Source: Polyangiaceae bacterium
GTDB lineage: Bacteria > Myxococcota_A > Polyangia > Polyangiales > Polyangiaceae
Direction of reading: 5' to 3'
Length of the DNA stretch: 64,000 nt
NCBI GenBank assembly: GCA_044376115.1
Contig: JBILLK010000005.1
Span: forward strand, 288,001-352,000
Both the position numbers and the translations under genes were made by a program. The first letter of the stretch is position 1. The number at the start of each line of letters is the position of its first letter. A model generated the notes under the pieces. The model ran no database searches and was not told the DNA's origin. It saw nothing but the letters and a program-made list of their open reading frames with translations. Below are positions 9,822 through 19,546 of the stretch, in pieces.

Positions 9822-10835
9822 ATGAACGGTTTTGTACGCGCAGTTGCATCTACGTTGGTCGTCAGCGCGATGATCGGCGGGACCCTGAATTGTGGTGGTG
9901 GTTCTTCCTCGGGGGACGTTTCTCCGGCGGATCTCGCGAACCTCCCGCCGGCTCCCTCCGAGCTCGGCATCCTCGTGGTAGTGAAAGCTGGTTCAGGTGA
10001 GGCCGAGGCATTCGCTGCCAACGTACAGAGCGCATTGTCCACATCGATGACCAACGCGGGCTACAAGCTCGTCGCCTCCCCCGAGGGCAACCCGGACGTG
10101 ATCGCCAATGTGACCCTGAACGCGACGGAGGAGACGTCCTTCTTCCAGGTGCAGGTCAACGGCCAGGTGCAGAAGAGCTACAAGGTCACCATCAGCGCGT
10201 CCTTCGTCGCCGCCGGCGATGCAGCCGTAATCGATCAAGCCGCCTCGGACTTCAGCGGTAAGGGTGGAGAAATCGAGCAGAGCGCGATCGATAAGGTGCT
10301 CGTTCACCTGGGCAAGACGCGCAAGCTCAGCAATTACGCCACCACCGCCAAGGCCAAGGCCGTGAAGGCTGAGGATGATCTGTGGACGGCCGCAAACGTT
10401 GAAGGCTGCAGGAAGCCCACGGTGGAGACGGCTTGTGAAGGCGTTGAGAAGTACATCGCCGCTTACCCGTCTGGGAAGTACACGGCAGAAGGCCGCAAGG
10501 CTCTCGCTGAGGGTGAGTCCGCCAAGGTCAAGCTCGCTGATGACAACGCGTGGAAGGCTGCTGCAGTAGACATCTGCCTCAAGCCGACCAAGTCCTATGA
10601 CTGCAAGAGCGTCGAGGAATACATCGCCAAGTACCCCACGGGCGCATACGTGGCCGAGGGCAAGTCGGCGATGAAGAAGTCTGAGGCCGCACGCGAGGGG
10701 CTCGCCAAGCAGGAGGCTTTGAACAAGAAGAAGGAGTCTCGCGACGAATGCGTCAAGAACTGCCGTCGCGCGTACGAGCAACGCTACTCGTTCGAGGTGC
10801 TCTCAGCGCGCTGCATTCAGACGGAATGCAGCTGA
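9822..10835 (+). CDS. Lipoprotein with two Cys-containing helical repeats
   Basis: ATG 9822, TLNC lipobox-like motif; repeats W..A.V..C.KPT....C..VE.YIA.YP.G.Y.AEG; typical high-GC3 codon usage. Confidence 0.8.
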   Translation: MNGFVRAVASTLVVSAMIGGTLNCGGGSSSGDVSPADLANLPPAPSELGILVVVKAGSGEAEAFAANVQSALSTSMTNAGYKLVASPEGNPDVIANVTLNATEETSFFQVQVNGQVQKSYKVTISASFVAAGDAAVIDQAASDFSGKGGEIEQSAIDKVLVHLGKTRKLSNYATTAKAKAVKAEDDLWTAANVEGCRKPTVETACEGVEKYIAAYPSGKYTAEGRKALAEGESAKVKLADDNAWKAAAVDICLKPTKSYDCKSVEEYIAKYPTGAYVAEGKSAMKKSEAAREGLAKQEALNKKKESRDECVKNCRRAYEQRYSFEVLSARCIQTECS

Positions 10836-10896
10836 GATCTAGCTGAGCCTCAACGCTCGATGATGCAGGCCACTCAACCTCGTTGAGTGGCCTTTG

Positions 10897-13161
10897 TCAT
10901 AGGCGAGGACGGGGACGCAGGGCGAGCGCGCGATCCAAGATTGCGCCGAAGTTCATCGGTCGCGAGGGCTGTCGCGGCACGATCTCCATCACGTCTTCTG
11001 CCGCGGGGAGCTCCGAGCGATCGGTGATGTTGACTGCGCCAAGCGAGCGCATCTCGGTGGTCTCCACCTGAACGGGCTTGGGAGTTGGGGCCTCCTCTTC
11101 GCCCTCCTCCTCCTCGAGCTCCGGCTCGGCGGGCGGGGCAGCGACGGCGTCGAGCGCAACCGCGGGCTCAGCCTCGGCCTCAGGCTTTGCAACCAACTCC
11201 GGCTCTGACGGCGGTGCTTCGACGGGCTTTGCAACCAGCTCCGGTTCGGCGGCCGGGTCCACGATGGCGTGGAACGGAGCGACAACCGCAGGCTCTGCAA
11301 CCAGCTCCGGCTCAGCGTCGGGCTCTGCAACAAGCGCCAACTCCGGCTCGGAAGCCTGTGCTTCGACCGCGTCGAACGCAACCGCCGGCTCGGGCCCAGC
11401 GACTACCTCCGCCTCAGCAACCAACTCCGGCGCGGGCTCCGCGGCTTCAGGCTCTGCAACAAGCGCCAGCTCGGGCTCGGCGACGATCTCCGGCGCGAAC
11501 GGCTCGACATACGGAGCTTCAACGTGCGCCGGAGCTTCAACGTGCGCCGGGGCTTCATCGAAGGCGGCAACGGGCGTTGGTTGGAAGCGGGTCGACGGAC
11601 CGTCGTCATCGTCATCGTCGTCGACGTAGGTAGGTACAACCAGCGGCGGCTCCAGGAGCGGCGGCGGGAACTGCAGCGGCGGTGGCTGGAGCGGCGGCTG
11701 CGCGAAGAGCGGCGCGCGCACAACCGGGGGCGGTTCGAGCGGCGACACAGCGGCCGGAACCGACACAGCGGCCGGAACCGACACAGCGGCCGGAACCGAC
11801 ATAGCGGCTGGGACCGACATAGCGGCCGGGACCGACATAGCGGCTGGGACCGACACGAAGGAGCTCATTACCAAGGGCGGTGCAACAAGCTCGACCGGCG
11901 TCTCGCTCGCGGGTGCAAAGAACGGGCTGGTCGCAAACGGACCGTCGGGTGGAGGTGAACTCGCGAGTTCCTCCTCCTCTGTCTGTGGCCTGTTGCCCTT
12001 GACGAACGGCTGACTCTCGACCTCGCCAGACTCGGGCGGCGTGGAGTCGAGCACGACCTCATCGAGCGGTTCACGAAAGGCGACTGGACGCTTCGACGAC
12101 TCCGGCTGCTCCTCGAGCAGGTTGTCGGCGGGCTCTCCCGACGCGGCTGCGCTCTCGATCGCTCCCAACTGCGCTACATCGAAGAGCACCGATGATTCGA
12201 GGCTCGATGGGCGCGCCGAAGGAGGCACCGACGATGGGGAGCCCAGCGCTTCATCGGCGCTGGTGAGCACGGTTGCGGGCGGTAGCGTCGAGACCGGATC
12301 CTCCGCTAGGGCGTCGAGATCCTCGAGTTCGAGCGGCGCCGCGGGCGCCCGGCTTTCTCTCGTGAAGCTAACCACGGCCCGACTAAAGTCATCCACCTGC
12401 GGCGGTGCAGAGTCGGCCCATAGCGGCTTGTGTGCTTCTTCGCTTGGGCCGGGCGGCTCTGTTCCAGCCTCGTCGGAGGGCGGCGGTTCTGTCATCGGTC
12501 GTTCCGGTGAGCCGAGCATCGTCTCGCGCGGGGCTGAGTCGGGTTCGTCTTCCTCGAGTTCGTCCACAAACTCATCAATCTCGATCACCTCATCGTCATC
12601 GTCGGCTGCTGCAACATGGTCCGCGGGCGGCTCGATCGATGGCGGAGTGAAGAGCTCGGCTTCTCCCTCAGCGACCTCAGCCTCTTCCTCCTCCTCGCGC
12701 CTGTGCGATTCTTCCAACAGGTCCGAGGCCCGGAGTTCCGCCTCCTCGACCTCGCGTGCGAGTTGTTCCTCTGCCAAAACCAACGCTTCGATCTCGTCGG
12801 CGTTGCCGGTTGACGTCGCCTCTTCATCGAAAGAGCCGCTGAAGCGAATCAACGCGCCCTCCATGGTGTTGCTGGTGGGCAGCGGCGTTCGGACCGATTC
12901 GGGGAAGGCCGTAAGTTCAGGCCGTTGAGGCTCGCCCGAGTTCGATGAGAATGACGCGAGCGCAGGCTCGCGAGGTAGATCGTAGGAGTCGTAGCCGCGG
13001 AACGTCTCTCGACTCGGCTCCACCGAACTTGGTTGTAGCTCGAACTCCGCAGCCGCCGCCGACTCGTAGGCTTGTGCCTCGCGAGGCGGACGAGCCTTGG
13101 CTGCTGCTTGAACGCGCGCGAGCAGCTCATGGAGCAGGACGACCCGGTCTTCAGGGCTCAA
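10897..13161 (-). CDS. Large acidic Pro/Glu/Ala-rich intrinsically disordered protein
   Basis: 754-aa ORF, low complexity, internal tandem repeats; TTG start overlaps the upstream stop (TTGA). Confidence 0.75.
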   Translation of the reverse strand: MSPEDRVVLLHELLARVQAAAKARPPREAQAYESAAAAEFELQPSSVEPSRETFRGYDSYDLPREPALASFSSNSGEPQRPELTAFPESVRTPLPTSNTMEGALIRFSGSFDEEATSTGNADEIEALVLAEEQLAREVEEAELRASDLLEESHRREEEEEAEVAEGEAELFTPPSIEPPADHVAAADDDDEVIEIDEFVDELEEDEPDSAPRETMLGSPERPMTEPPPSDEAGTEPPGPSEEAHKPLWADSAPPQVDDFSRAVVSFTRESRAPAAPLELEDLDALAEDPVSTLPPATVLTSADEALGSPSSVPPSARPSSLESSVLFDVAQLGAIESAAASGEPADNLLEEQPESSKRPVAFREPLDEVVLDSTPPESGEVESQPFVKGNRPQTEEEELASSPPPDGPFATSPFFAPASETPVELVAPPLVMSSFVSVPAAMSVPAAMSVPAAMSVPAAVSVPAAVSVPAAVSPLEPPPVVRAPLFAQPPLQPPPLQFPPPLLEPPLVVPTYVDDDDDDDGPSTRFQPTPVAAFDEAPAHVEAPAHVEAPYVEPFAPEIVAEPELALVAEPEAAEPAPELVAEAEVVAGPEPAVAFDAVEAQASEPELALVAEPDAEPELVAEPAVVAPFHAIVDPAAEPELVAKPVEAPPSEPELVAKPEAEAEPAVALDAVAAPPAEPELEEEEGEEEAPTPKPVQVETTEMRSLGAVNITDRSELPAAEDVMEIVPRQPSRPMNFGAILDRALALRPRPRL
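11513..11548. repeat. 18-bp tandem duplication (EAPAHV x2)
   Basis: ggagcttcaacgtgcgcc repeated twice exactly. Confidence 0.85.
11743..11856. repeat. 18-bp coding VNTR, 6 units plus a partial unit (VPAA[M/V]S)
   Basis: cgacacagcggccggaac x3, then cgacatagcggc[t/c]gggac x3, then cgacac. Confidence 0.95.
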
Positions 13162-13736
13162 AGAGGCCGCTCCCCATGAAGCGCCCGCACGACCTCGGTG
13201 AATAGCTCCCCGCTCTTGGCCAGCGTCTCTACAGCGCTGATCGCCGCGAAGCTGCCGACGGCGATGCGAGCGAGCTCGGCCGAACGATCCACCACCAACG
13301 CCTTCAGTCGTTCGTCGGTCGCGAGGCTCATCGCACCTTCAACGGCGCCCACCAGCAGCTCATCCCCTCGTTGAGGCAGCGAGCAAGGATCGAACACGAA
13401 CAACAGCACGTCGCCCCAACACTCCGCACGCAAGTTGCCGAAGCCAAGCAACGCCAGCTCCCCACCGAGCTGATCCACCAAGCTCGAAAGCTCCGTCGCC
13501 CGCACGATGTCCCGCGCCGAGCGCCCACCCGCCGAGGGATTCAAGCGATGGGCGGCGCGCGTCATCGCTGAAGCTCCTAGCCGTTGCCCCAGCGCCCGCG
13601 CCGAGAGCCCACCCGTCGCGAGCGCAACAAGATCATCGGCCGGAACCAAAAGGTGTGGTCTGCGGTCTGAGAATTCGATCGTCCCCTGACGAAGATCGAA
13701 GCGCACTGCGCGGCTTGAATCGAAAGGTGCTGCCAT
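13158..13736 (-). CDS. Stand-alone V4R/XylR_N-like protein
   Basis: FDLRQGTI..., LLVPAD, GQRLG, ALLGFGNL pattern resembles the V4R/Bet3-like fold. Confidence 0.55.
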   Translation of the reverse strand: MAAPFDSSRAVRFDLRQGTIEFSDRRPHLLVPADDLVALATGGLSARALGQRLGASAMTRAAHRLNPSAGGRSARDIVRATELSSLVDQLGGELALLGFGNLRAECWGDVLLFVFDPCSLPQRGDELLVGAVEGAMSLATDERLKALVVDRSAELARIAVGSFAAISAVETLAKSGELFTEVVRALHGERPL

Positions 13737-13841
13737 GTTGGTTCGCGACCGGCGCCGTGAGAGTATGAGAAATCGCGTGGGTTACCAGTTGAAACCATCG
13801 GCCCGTCCAACGCTGTTCGCTTCTCGTGAGTCCGCCGCAAC

Positions 13842-15194
13842 GTGAACCGCTGGCTTGGCGCTCTTTTGTTGCTTTCTGCGTGTGTGCAGAAGTCGTCGGA
13901 CAAGCCCCTCGCGTCCAGCAAGCCGATTGAACCGTGGGATGAAGAGCCGACCACCGTCACCACGCCGCTCGCTTCACGCCCGCCCGAGGTCTCTCGCGCA
14001 GAGCTGCGTTTCCGGCCAACGTTGCCCACGGTTCAGTGTTCTGGCGACCTGCGCGTGTGCGTGCACTCCGAGGGCACCTCGCCGGAGGCCTCAGCCATCC
14101 TCGCAGCCTCGGTCGACGTTCTGCTCGGGCTACGCGCCCTTCGCCTGCCCGCCGTGCGCTCCGACGTTTCCGCCACCGGCTCGCCCGAACTCGACGTGTA
14201 CTTCGAGCCCGACGCTGAGGCCGCGCGCGCTTATAGCGATCCGGGCAACGAGGCCGGCGCCGCGAGCGACGGTGGAACCACCTTCGTCGTAACCCCGGCG
14301 CTCAGCAGCGACTGTCGGTCGCGCCACGCCCTTGCGACCGCGATCGGTTCGGCGCTGCTGCTCTCGCAAGACGCAGCGACGGATCAGGACGTGCTCTCGA
14401 TGTTGGGCGGTCACCTGGCGAACCTGGTCGCACCCTGCAGTGACGTCATGTTCGAACAGGTGGATGCCGCACAACGCGCGCCCGAGCGCACCTTCGTCGG
14501 CTCGCTGAACGAGCCCGCTCCCGCGGCCTTCCTCTTCCCGCAGTTCCTCGAAGACCGCTTTGGCACCAACGAGCCCGGCAAGCTCACCACCGCGCTCGTG
14601 GCGATCAGCAGCCAACGCAGCATCAAGGGCCCGCTCAACGACGAGCCGGACATGTTCGACGCGCTGCGCGTCACCCAGCGAAGGAACGGCAGCTCGCTCG
14701 CCGATACTTTGCTCGAGTTTGCCGTCGCCCGCGCCTTCCTCGGTTCGCGCAGCGACGACCAACACATGCAGGACGTCAGCTTCTTGGGCGCGATGGGCCG
14801 CGTGCGCTTCGAATGGTCGGTGGACCACGCGACCTTGCCGCGGCGGCTCGCGCCCCTTCGTCCAATCGAGCCGCTGGGTGCCACGTACATCATGTTGACG
14901 CTCGATCAGGTCGCACCCGACGCCGAGTTCACCTTTGCCGCCGAATGGGAGCGGCCCGCGCTCTTTCGCTGGGCCATCGTCAAGCTACGTGAAGACGGCA
15001 GCGAGCTCGGTCGCAGCGAGGTCACGCCAGTGCTCGGCGAGTTCGAGATTCAGCGCACGGTGCGCGATCTCTCCGGCGCGAAGTCGGTCTTGATCGTCGG
15101 CCTACACGAGGGCGAGACCCGCCGCGATGAGCCCTTCGACCCGGGCCAGTTCCGCGAGCGGCCGCGTTCGTATTCCGTGACGCTTTACCCGTAA
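13842..15194 (+). CDS. Hypothetical lipoprotein
   Basis: LLLLSAC lipobox; 450 aa with typical codon usage. Confidence 0.75.
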   Translation: MNRWLGALLLLSACVQKSSDKPLASSKPIEPWDEEPTTVTTPLASRPPEVSRAELRFRPTLPTVQCSGDLRVCVHSEGTSPEASAILAASVDVLLGLRALRLPAVRSDVSATGSPELDVYFEPDAEAARAYSDPGNEAGAASDGGTTFVVTPALSSDCRSRHALATAIGSALLLSQDAATDQDVLSMLGGHLANLVAPCSDVMFEQVDAAQRAPERTFVGSLNEPAPAAFLFPQFLEDRFGTNEPGKLTTALVAISSQRSIKGPLNDEPDMFDALRVTQRRNGSSLADTLLEFAVARAFLGSRSDDQHMQDVSFLGAMGRVRFEWSVDHATLPRRLAPLRPIEPLGATYIMLTLDQVAPDAEFTFAAEWERPALFRWAIVKLREDGSELGRSEVTPVLGEFEIQRTVRDLSGAKSVLIVGLHEGETRRDEPFDPGQFRERPRSYSVTLYP

Positions 15195-15214
15195 CAGGCC
15201 ATAACGCGCCCCGC

Positions 15215-16117
15215 GTGACCCCGCGGTTCAGAGGCCTGATGTGGATGACCTTCGCCAACGTCCTGTTTGCAGGAATGGCGATCTCCGCTCGTTTGGCCTC
15301 TCGCTCGGCGCATTGGTCCACCATCGCTGGCTCGCGTGCTCTCATCGGTGCCATCGTCGCGCTCGCGGTCGCTTTGGTCCGAGGTGCGCCCATCGTCGCG
15401 CGATCTCGTGGCCTTTCGTGGGCACGTAGTCTGCTCGGTACCGTCTCGATGTTGACCACCTTCTACGCGCTCGGCAGCGCTGAACTCGCGCTCGGCGACG
15501 CCTCTACGCTGTTCGCTACGTCGCCGTTGTTCATCGCCATCCTCTCGCCTTGGATCTTGAAAGAGCCGACGGAGCGCTCGGTTTGGGCGATCTTGATCGT
15601 CGCCTTCCTCGGAGTGGCGATGGTGGCCGGGCCGCATCTCTCGTTCGGTAGTTTGCCCGCGGCCTCCTCGCTCACGGCGGCACTTTTTTCGGCGTTGGCG
15701 ATGATGTTCTTGCGCAAGATGCGCAGCGGAAAGGGTGGCGTCGGAGCGGACGGCGCGGAGGCGATCGCGTTGCATTTCGGCTTGGTCGCGTTCAGCGTCT
15801 TCTTCTGCTTCAACCTGCGCTACTTCCGCAATCCGACGCCCGTCGATTGGTTTTTCGTCGTGGGCGCAGGGCTGGCGGGAGGGATCGCCCAATTGGCGAT
15901 GACGCGTGCCTATGCGCTGGTGGAGGCCGCTCGGCTTGGGGCCATCAGCTACGTGGGCACGGTGCTCTCGTTGGCCGGCGCTTTCTTGCTGCTCGATGAA
16001 CGTCCATCGCTCGTGCAGCTGCTCGGCGCCGCGTTGGTGATAGGCGCAGGGACGGTGCTCGCGTGGACGTCGGCGCGTTCGCATCCGACCAGCCCAGCGA
16101 GCGTGCGAGCTACCTAG
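15215..16117 (+). CDS. DMT/EamA family transporter
   Basis: About 10 TM helices, two EamA repeats (TSPLFIAILSPWILKE; AQLAMTRAY...LLDERP). Confidence 0.9.
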   Translation: MTPRFRGLMWMTFANVLFAGMAISARLASRSAHWSTIAGSRALIGAIVALAVALVRGAPIVARSRGLSWARSLLGTVSMLTTFYALGSAELALGDASTLFATSPLFIAILSPWILKEPTERSVWAILIVAFLGVAMVAGPHLSFGSLPAASSLTAALFSALAMMFLRKMRSGKGGVGADGAEAIALHFGLVAFSVFFCFNLRYFRNPTPVDWFFVVGAGLAGGIAQLAMTRAYALVEAARLGAISYVGTVLSLAGAFLLLDERPSLVQLLGAALVIGAGTVLAWTSARSHPTSPASVRAT

Positions 16118-17465
16118 CAGCCAGCCACTGCCTCGTTCGATAGCGCACTGCTCGCTCGACGCTCTCCCTTACCGAGAGCGCGTAGTAGAGAAAAATCGGC
16201 GCGATCGGTAGCTCCTCGAGCTGCCCCGGCTCAATCACCGTTCCGCGTTCGACACAGCGCAATAGCCCTGCGAGCAGCGGCTCCACCCAAGCGCGCCGTC
16301 CCTCGATCACGTCGGCCAACATCGAAGCGGCGATCGCCACCAAACTGTCGTACTCCGGATCAAAGGCAGCGCGCAGCTCACCATCGGCGCGCAAGCTGAA
16401 GTGCTCGACATGCTGCTCGTAGACCACCTCGAGTACGAAGCTCTTGTCGTTGAACTCGGCGTGCTCACCGAGTTCACGTTTGAGCGCGGGTGCGAGCTGG
16501 CTTCGGAGCCAAGGTTCAATGGTGCAGACCAACGCTTCGTAGGGTTTTTGCTCGAGGTTGGGATCGCTCAGCGGCACCGGGCTCCACGGGCGAAAGTGGC
16601 GCAAGGTCGCTGGCACTCGCGAGCTTGGCTCGCAACGCTCGACGGGCAAGGCGCCCGGGCTCAACGTGAGCGCACCGGCCTGCAAATCGAGCCGCTCACC
16701 AAGCTCGGGCAGCGCAAGCAGGGCCTCCGGCGCGAAGCGCGCGAAGTCGCGCGCGGCCCGCTCGCCCGAGACCGGGTACACCAGCGCGTTCATCGCCTCG
16801 AAGGGCGCAACGAAGCGCTCGCCGCAGGCGCTCGGCGTTACCGCCTTCGCCCCTGCCGCTCGCGCACACGCAAGCAGGTGCTGATACGCACCTGCCTCAA
16901 ACCCGATGAAGCCAGCCGTCGCCATCGCGATCTCGCGCATTGGTTGCAGCGGCGCGATCGCCAAATCCAGCGGCCGATCGCCGAGCGCGACCTTGCGTAT
17001 TCGCTCGACGTCGTCGTGCGAGCTAAACACCGTATCGATCAGGTTCCATACGCAGCCGCTCTCGTCGCACACGAGCAGGCCCCACTCGATCTCGGGTGCG
17101 GCTGAAGGCGTGGTGATCACGCTAACGCCGTCGGCGAGCTCGATCCGCTCGCCGGGCGGAACCACCTTGGCGTGACGAAAGCCCAGCGCAAGCGCTGTTT
17201 CTGCGACCAGCGGGTCGCTCGTGACCACCACCGATTCAGCGTCGGCTCGCGCCAATTGGCCCAAGCTCGCGACGTCGAAGTGATCGAAGTGCACGTGCGA
17301 AACAAAGATGAAGTCGGCGCGCAGGCTCTCTGCGGAGAGCCTGCGCCGCGGCTCCACGCTGAACAGGCCGCCGGCGTGGCTCGGTCCCAAGATCGGGTCG
17401 AACAAGAGCCGCAGTGAACCGGCCTCACACAGCCAGCCGGCATGGCCCAAGTAGGTCAGTCGCAT
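16110..17465 (-). CDS. MBL-fold metallo-hydrolase with C-terminal extension
   Basis: YLGHAG, LFDP, SHVHFDHFD (HxHxDH). Confidence 0.85.
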   Translation of the reverse strand: MRLTYLGHAGWLCEAGSLRLLFDPILGPSHAGGLFSVEPRRRLSAESLRADFIFVSHVHFDHFDVASLGQLARADAESVVVTSDPLVAETALALGFRHAKVVPPGERIELADGVSVITTPSAAPEIEWGLLVCDESGCVWNLIDTVFSSHDDVERIRKVALGDRPLDLAIAPLQPMREIAMATAGFIGFEAGAYQHLLACARAAGAKAVTPSACGERFVAPFEAMNALVYPVSGERAARDFARFAPEALLALPELGERLDLQAGALTLSPGALPVERCEPSSRVPATLRHFRPWSPVPLSDPNLEQKPYEALVCTIEPWLRSQLAPALKRELGEHAEFNDKSFVLEVVYEQHVEHFSLRADGELRAAFDPEYDSLVAIAASMLADVIEGRRAWVEPLLAGLLRCVERGTVIEPGQLEELPIAPIFLYYALSVRESVERAVRYRTRQWLAAR

Positions 17466-17514
17466 GCGGCGCGTGTTGCCGAAGGTTGTGCCGATTCAGT
17501 GCAGCGCGCCGTTC

Positions 17515-18552
17515 TCAGGCGAAGGCGCCCCACTCGTCCTCGAGTAGCCGCACGGCGTCCGCGAGGTCCACGGCGACGCTCTGATTGAGCCACTCGTCTG
17601 CGAGCTTTCCCGCGGCGATCGCCGAGAAGGTGGGCGGCACGAGCCGCGCGGCCAACTGTACGAGCACCTTCCCCGCGCGTTGCACCCGACTCGACCAATC
17701 GCTGTCGCGATAGGTGGTCTCCGACTGCGTAATCAGCGTCTTGCCGAGGTTGAGGAAGCGAGCGCGAAGCACGTCGGTCGGTTCATCACGTTGGCTGATC
17801 GCACGACGCAAATCCGTCAGCCCGCGCAACACCGTTGCCACCGGCGAACCGGGCGTCGCCGGTACGGGTAGGGCGCTCGCGCGCAACGACCGAATCCCCA
17901 AGTAGTGCTCACCGTGCGGCGCCGCCAAAAGGAGTACGTGCTCGGCGCAGGTGACGTCCGCGGCGCGCAAGAGCAACTCACGGGCTGTCGGCCGGTCCAG
18001 CGTGAGCATGTCGCCCATCTCCTCGAGCCTCGCGATGCCAACGTTCGCCAACGCTGGGTCTGCCCAAGCCATCACCAACCGACCACGCGCGTCTTCCTCC
18101 GGAAGTCGCGCGCTGCTTTCAATCGGCGCGATCCACGAGCCGAGCACTTGCGCGCGCGCCTCGACCAAACAAACGCCATCAGCGCCGTAAAACGAGACCC
18201 GCCCTTCGCGCGCTTCAAATCGCGCGTTGGCCGGGTCTGCTCCAAGCTCCTCCAGCCGCTTGTGCAAGCTGCGCTCGAGCAACTCCCAGCGTTGGAGCGG
18301 CGAGATCGGCTCATGCGGATCTTCCCAATCAACGTTCTCGATGGAGACCGCAGGAACCGTTAGGTCGGGACGCGGAGTTACGCGCAGAGGCGGCGGCGTG
18401 TCATGCGCTGCGGCTGGGCGCGGGCGCGTAATCAGTTCCTTGTCGCTCTTGGCCCGGCCGCCTTTGCGCGCGGATTCAGGACGCAGCCGCGCGGCGCTTG
18501 CGCGAGCTTCCTTTTTCTTCAGCTTCGACGTGGTCCGGGCGTTTCTCACCAT
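17515..18552 (-). CDS. Hypothetical protein with basic N-terminus
   Basis: 345-aa ORF with GAGG-like SD region; AQVLGSW...MAWAD core; helical C-terminus. Confidence 0.65.
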   Translation of the reverse strand: MVRNARTTSKLKKKEARASAARLRPESARKGGRAKSDKELITRPRPAAAHDTPPPLRVTPRPDLTVPAVSIENVDWEDPHEPISPLQRWELLERSLHKRLEELGADPANARFEAREGRVSFYGADGVCLVEARAQVLGSWIAPIESSARLPEEDARGRLVMAWADPALANVGIARLEEMGDMLTLDRPTARELLLRAADVTCAEHVLLLAAPHGEHYLGIRSLRASALPVPATPGSPVATVLRGLTDLRRAISQRDEPTDVLRARFLNLGKTLITQSETTYRDSDWSSRVQRAGKVLVQLAARLVPPTFSAIAAGKLADEWLNQSVAVDLADAVRLLEDEWGAFA

Positions 18553-18563
18553 TGAGGTCTCAC

Positions 18564-19496
18564 TCAGTTGGCGAGCGGGTTGGGCCGAAGGTTCTGCTCG
18601 CCCCGCTTGGCGAGCTTCACCATGATCTCGAGCAGCTGCGAGGGCGTTCCGTCGAGGCCGCGCGATGCAAAAACGTCATTGTGGCCAGCACCATCGAGCG
18701 AGACGAACGTGGCGTTGCGAATCTCCGCGGCCAGCGTGCGACCCATTTCGGCGGGAACCAGCGAGTCTTTGGACCCGTGAACGACCACAGTCTCGATCTT
18801 GATCTCCTTCGCTTTGCCGATGCTGTCGAAGCGGTCTTTCACGATCGCGCGCACCGGCAGGATGGGCGCAAAACGCTGCACCATGTCCACCATCGAGGTG
18901 AACGGCGAGATCAGCAGGAGTTTGGAGCCGTAGCCTGCACGAGCCATTTCCATCGCCACGCCGGAGCCCAAACTCTGGCCGACGAGCGTGACCTGATCTT
19001 GCGTGATGCCCAAGCGAGCGAGCTCATCCAAGGCGCGTTTGGCTGCGAAATAGATCGAGGCCTCGCTCGGCCGCCCCTTGGCCACGCCGTAGCCCGGGTA
19101 CTCGACGAACAAAATGCCCAACCCGCGATCCATCAGCGCGCGCGCAAGCCAGGACAAGTCCACTAGCTCCTGGCCGTTGCCGTGGAAGAACACCACGACG
19201 CCGCCTTTACCGACGCTCACCTTGGCTGGCCGAGCAAAGGCACGCAGCTCTTTCGCCGGCTCGGCTGCGGGCGGCGCATACAGCGCGATCACGTCGGAAC
19301 CTTCAGCGTCGAGCTTCAACATCGTGGTGCCCGAAAGCGTGGGCGCGAGACCGCTCTTCGGCGCGGGGAAGATCAGCGAGCGATGCACCGCCCAGAGCGC
19401 TCCCACGCAGCCTGCGTAGAGCAGCGATGCACCAAGCGCCGTGCGGCCGAGGATCGACCGCGGAATGAGCGAACGCAGACGGGTCAGCGTGAACAC
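18564..19496 (-). CDS. Alpha/beta hydrolase (ABHD13/BEM46-like)
   Basis: N-terminal TM, FFHGNG, EYPGYG, GQSLGSG nucleophile, HGSKD, GAGHND; GTG start at 19496 inferred. Confidence 0.9.
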   Translation of the reverse strand: MFTLTRLRSLIPRSILGRTALGASLLYAGCVGALWAVHRSLIFPAPKSGLAPTLSGTTMLKLDAEGSDVIALYAPPAAEPAKELRAFARPAKVSVGKGGVVVFFHGNGQELVDLSWLARALMDRGLGILFVEYPGYGVAKGRPSEASIYFAAKRALDELARLGITQDQVTLVGQSLGSGVAMEMARAGYGSKLLLISPFTSMVDMVQRFAPILPVRAIVKDRFDSIGKAKEIKIETVVVHGSKDSLVPAEMGRTLAAEIRNATFVSLDGAGHNDVFASRGLDGTPSQLLEIMVKLAKRGEQNLRPNPLAN

Positions 19497-19546
19497 GCAG
19501 TGAGGATATCGGCGATTGCCCGTCTGTCGAGTGTTGTTTCCATGCC

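Noticed and set aside
11743..11856. CRISPR array
   Set aside because: 18-bp units are contiguous without spacers, lie in-frame in a CDS, and no cas genes are present.
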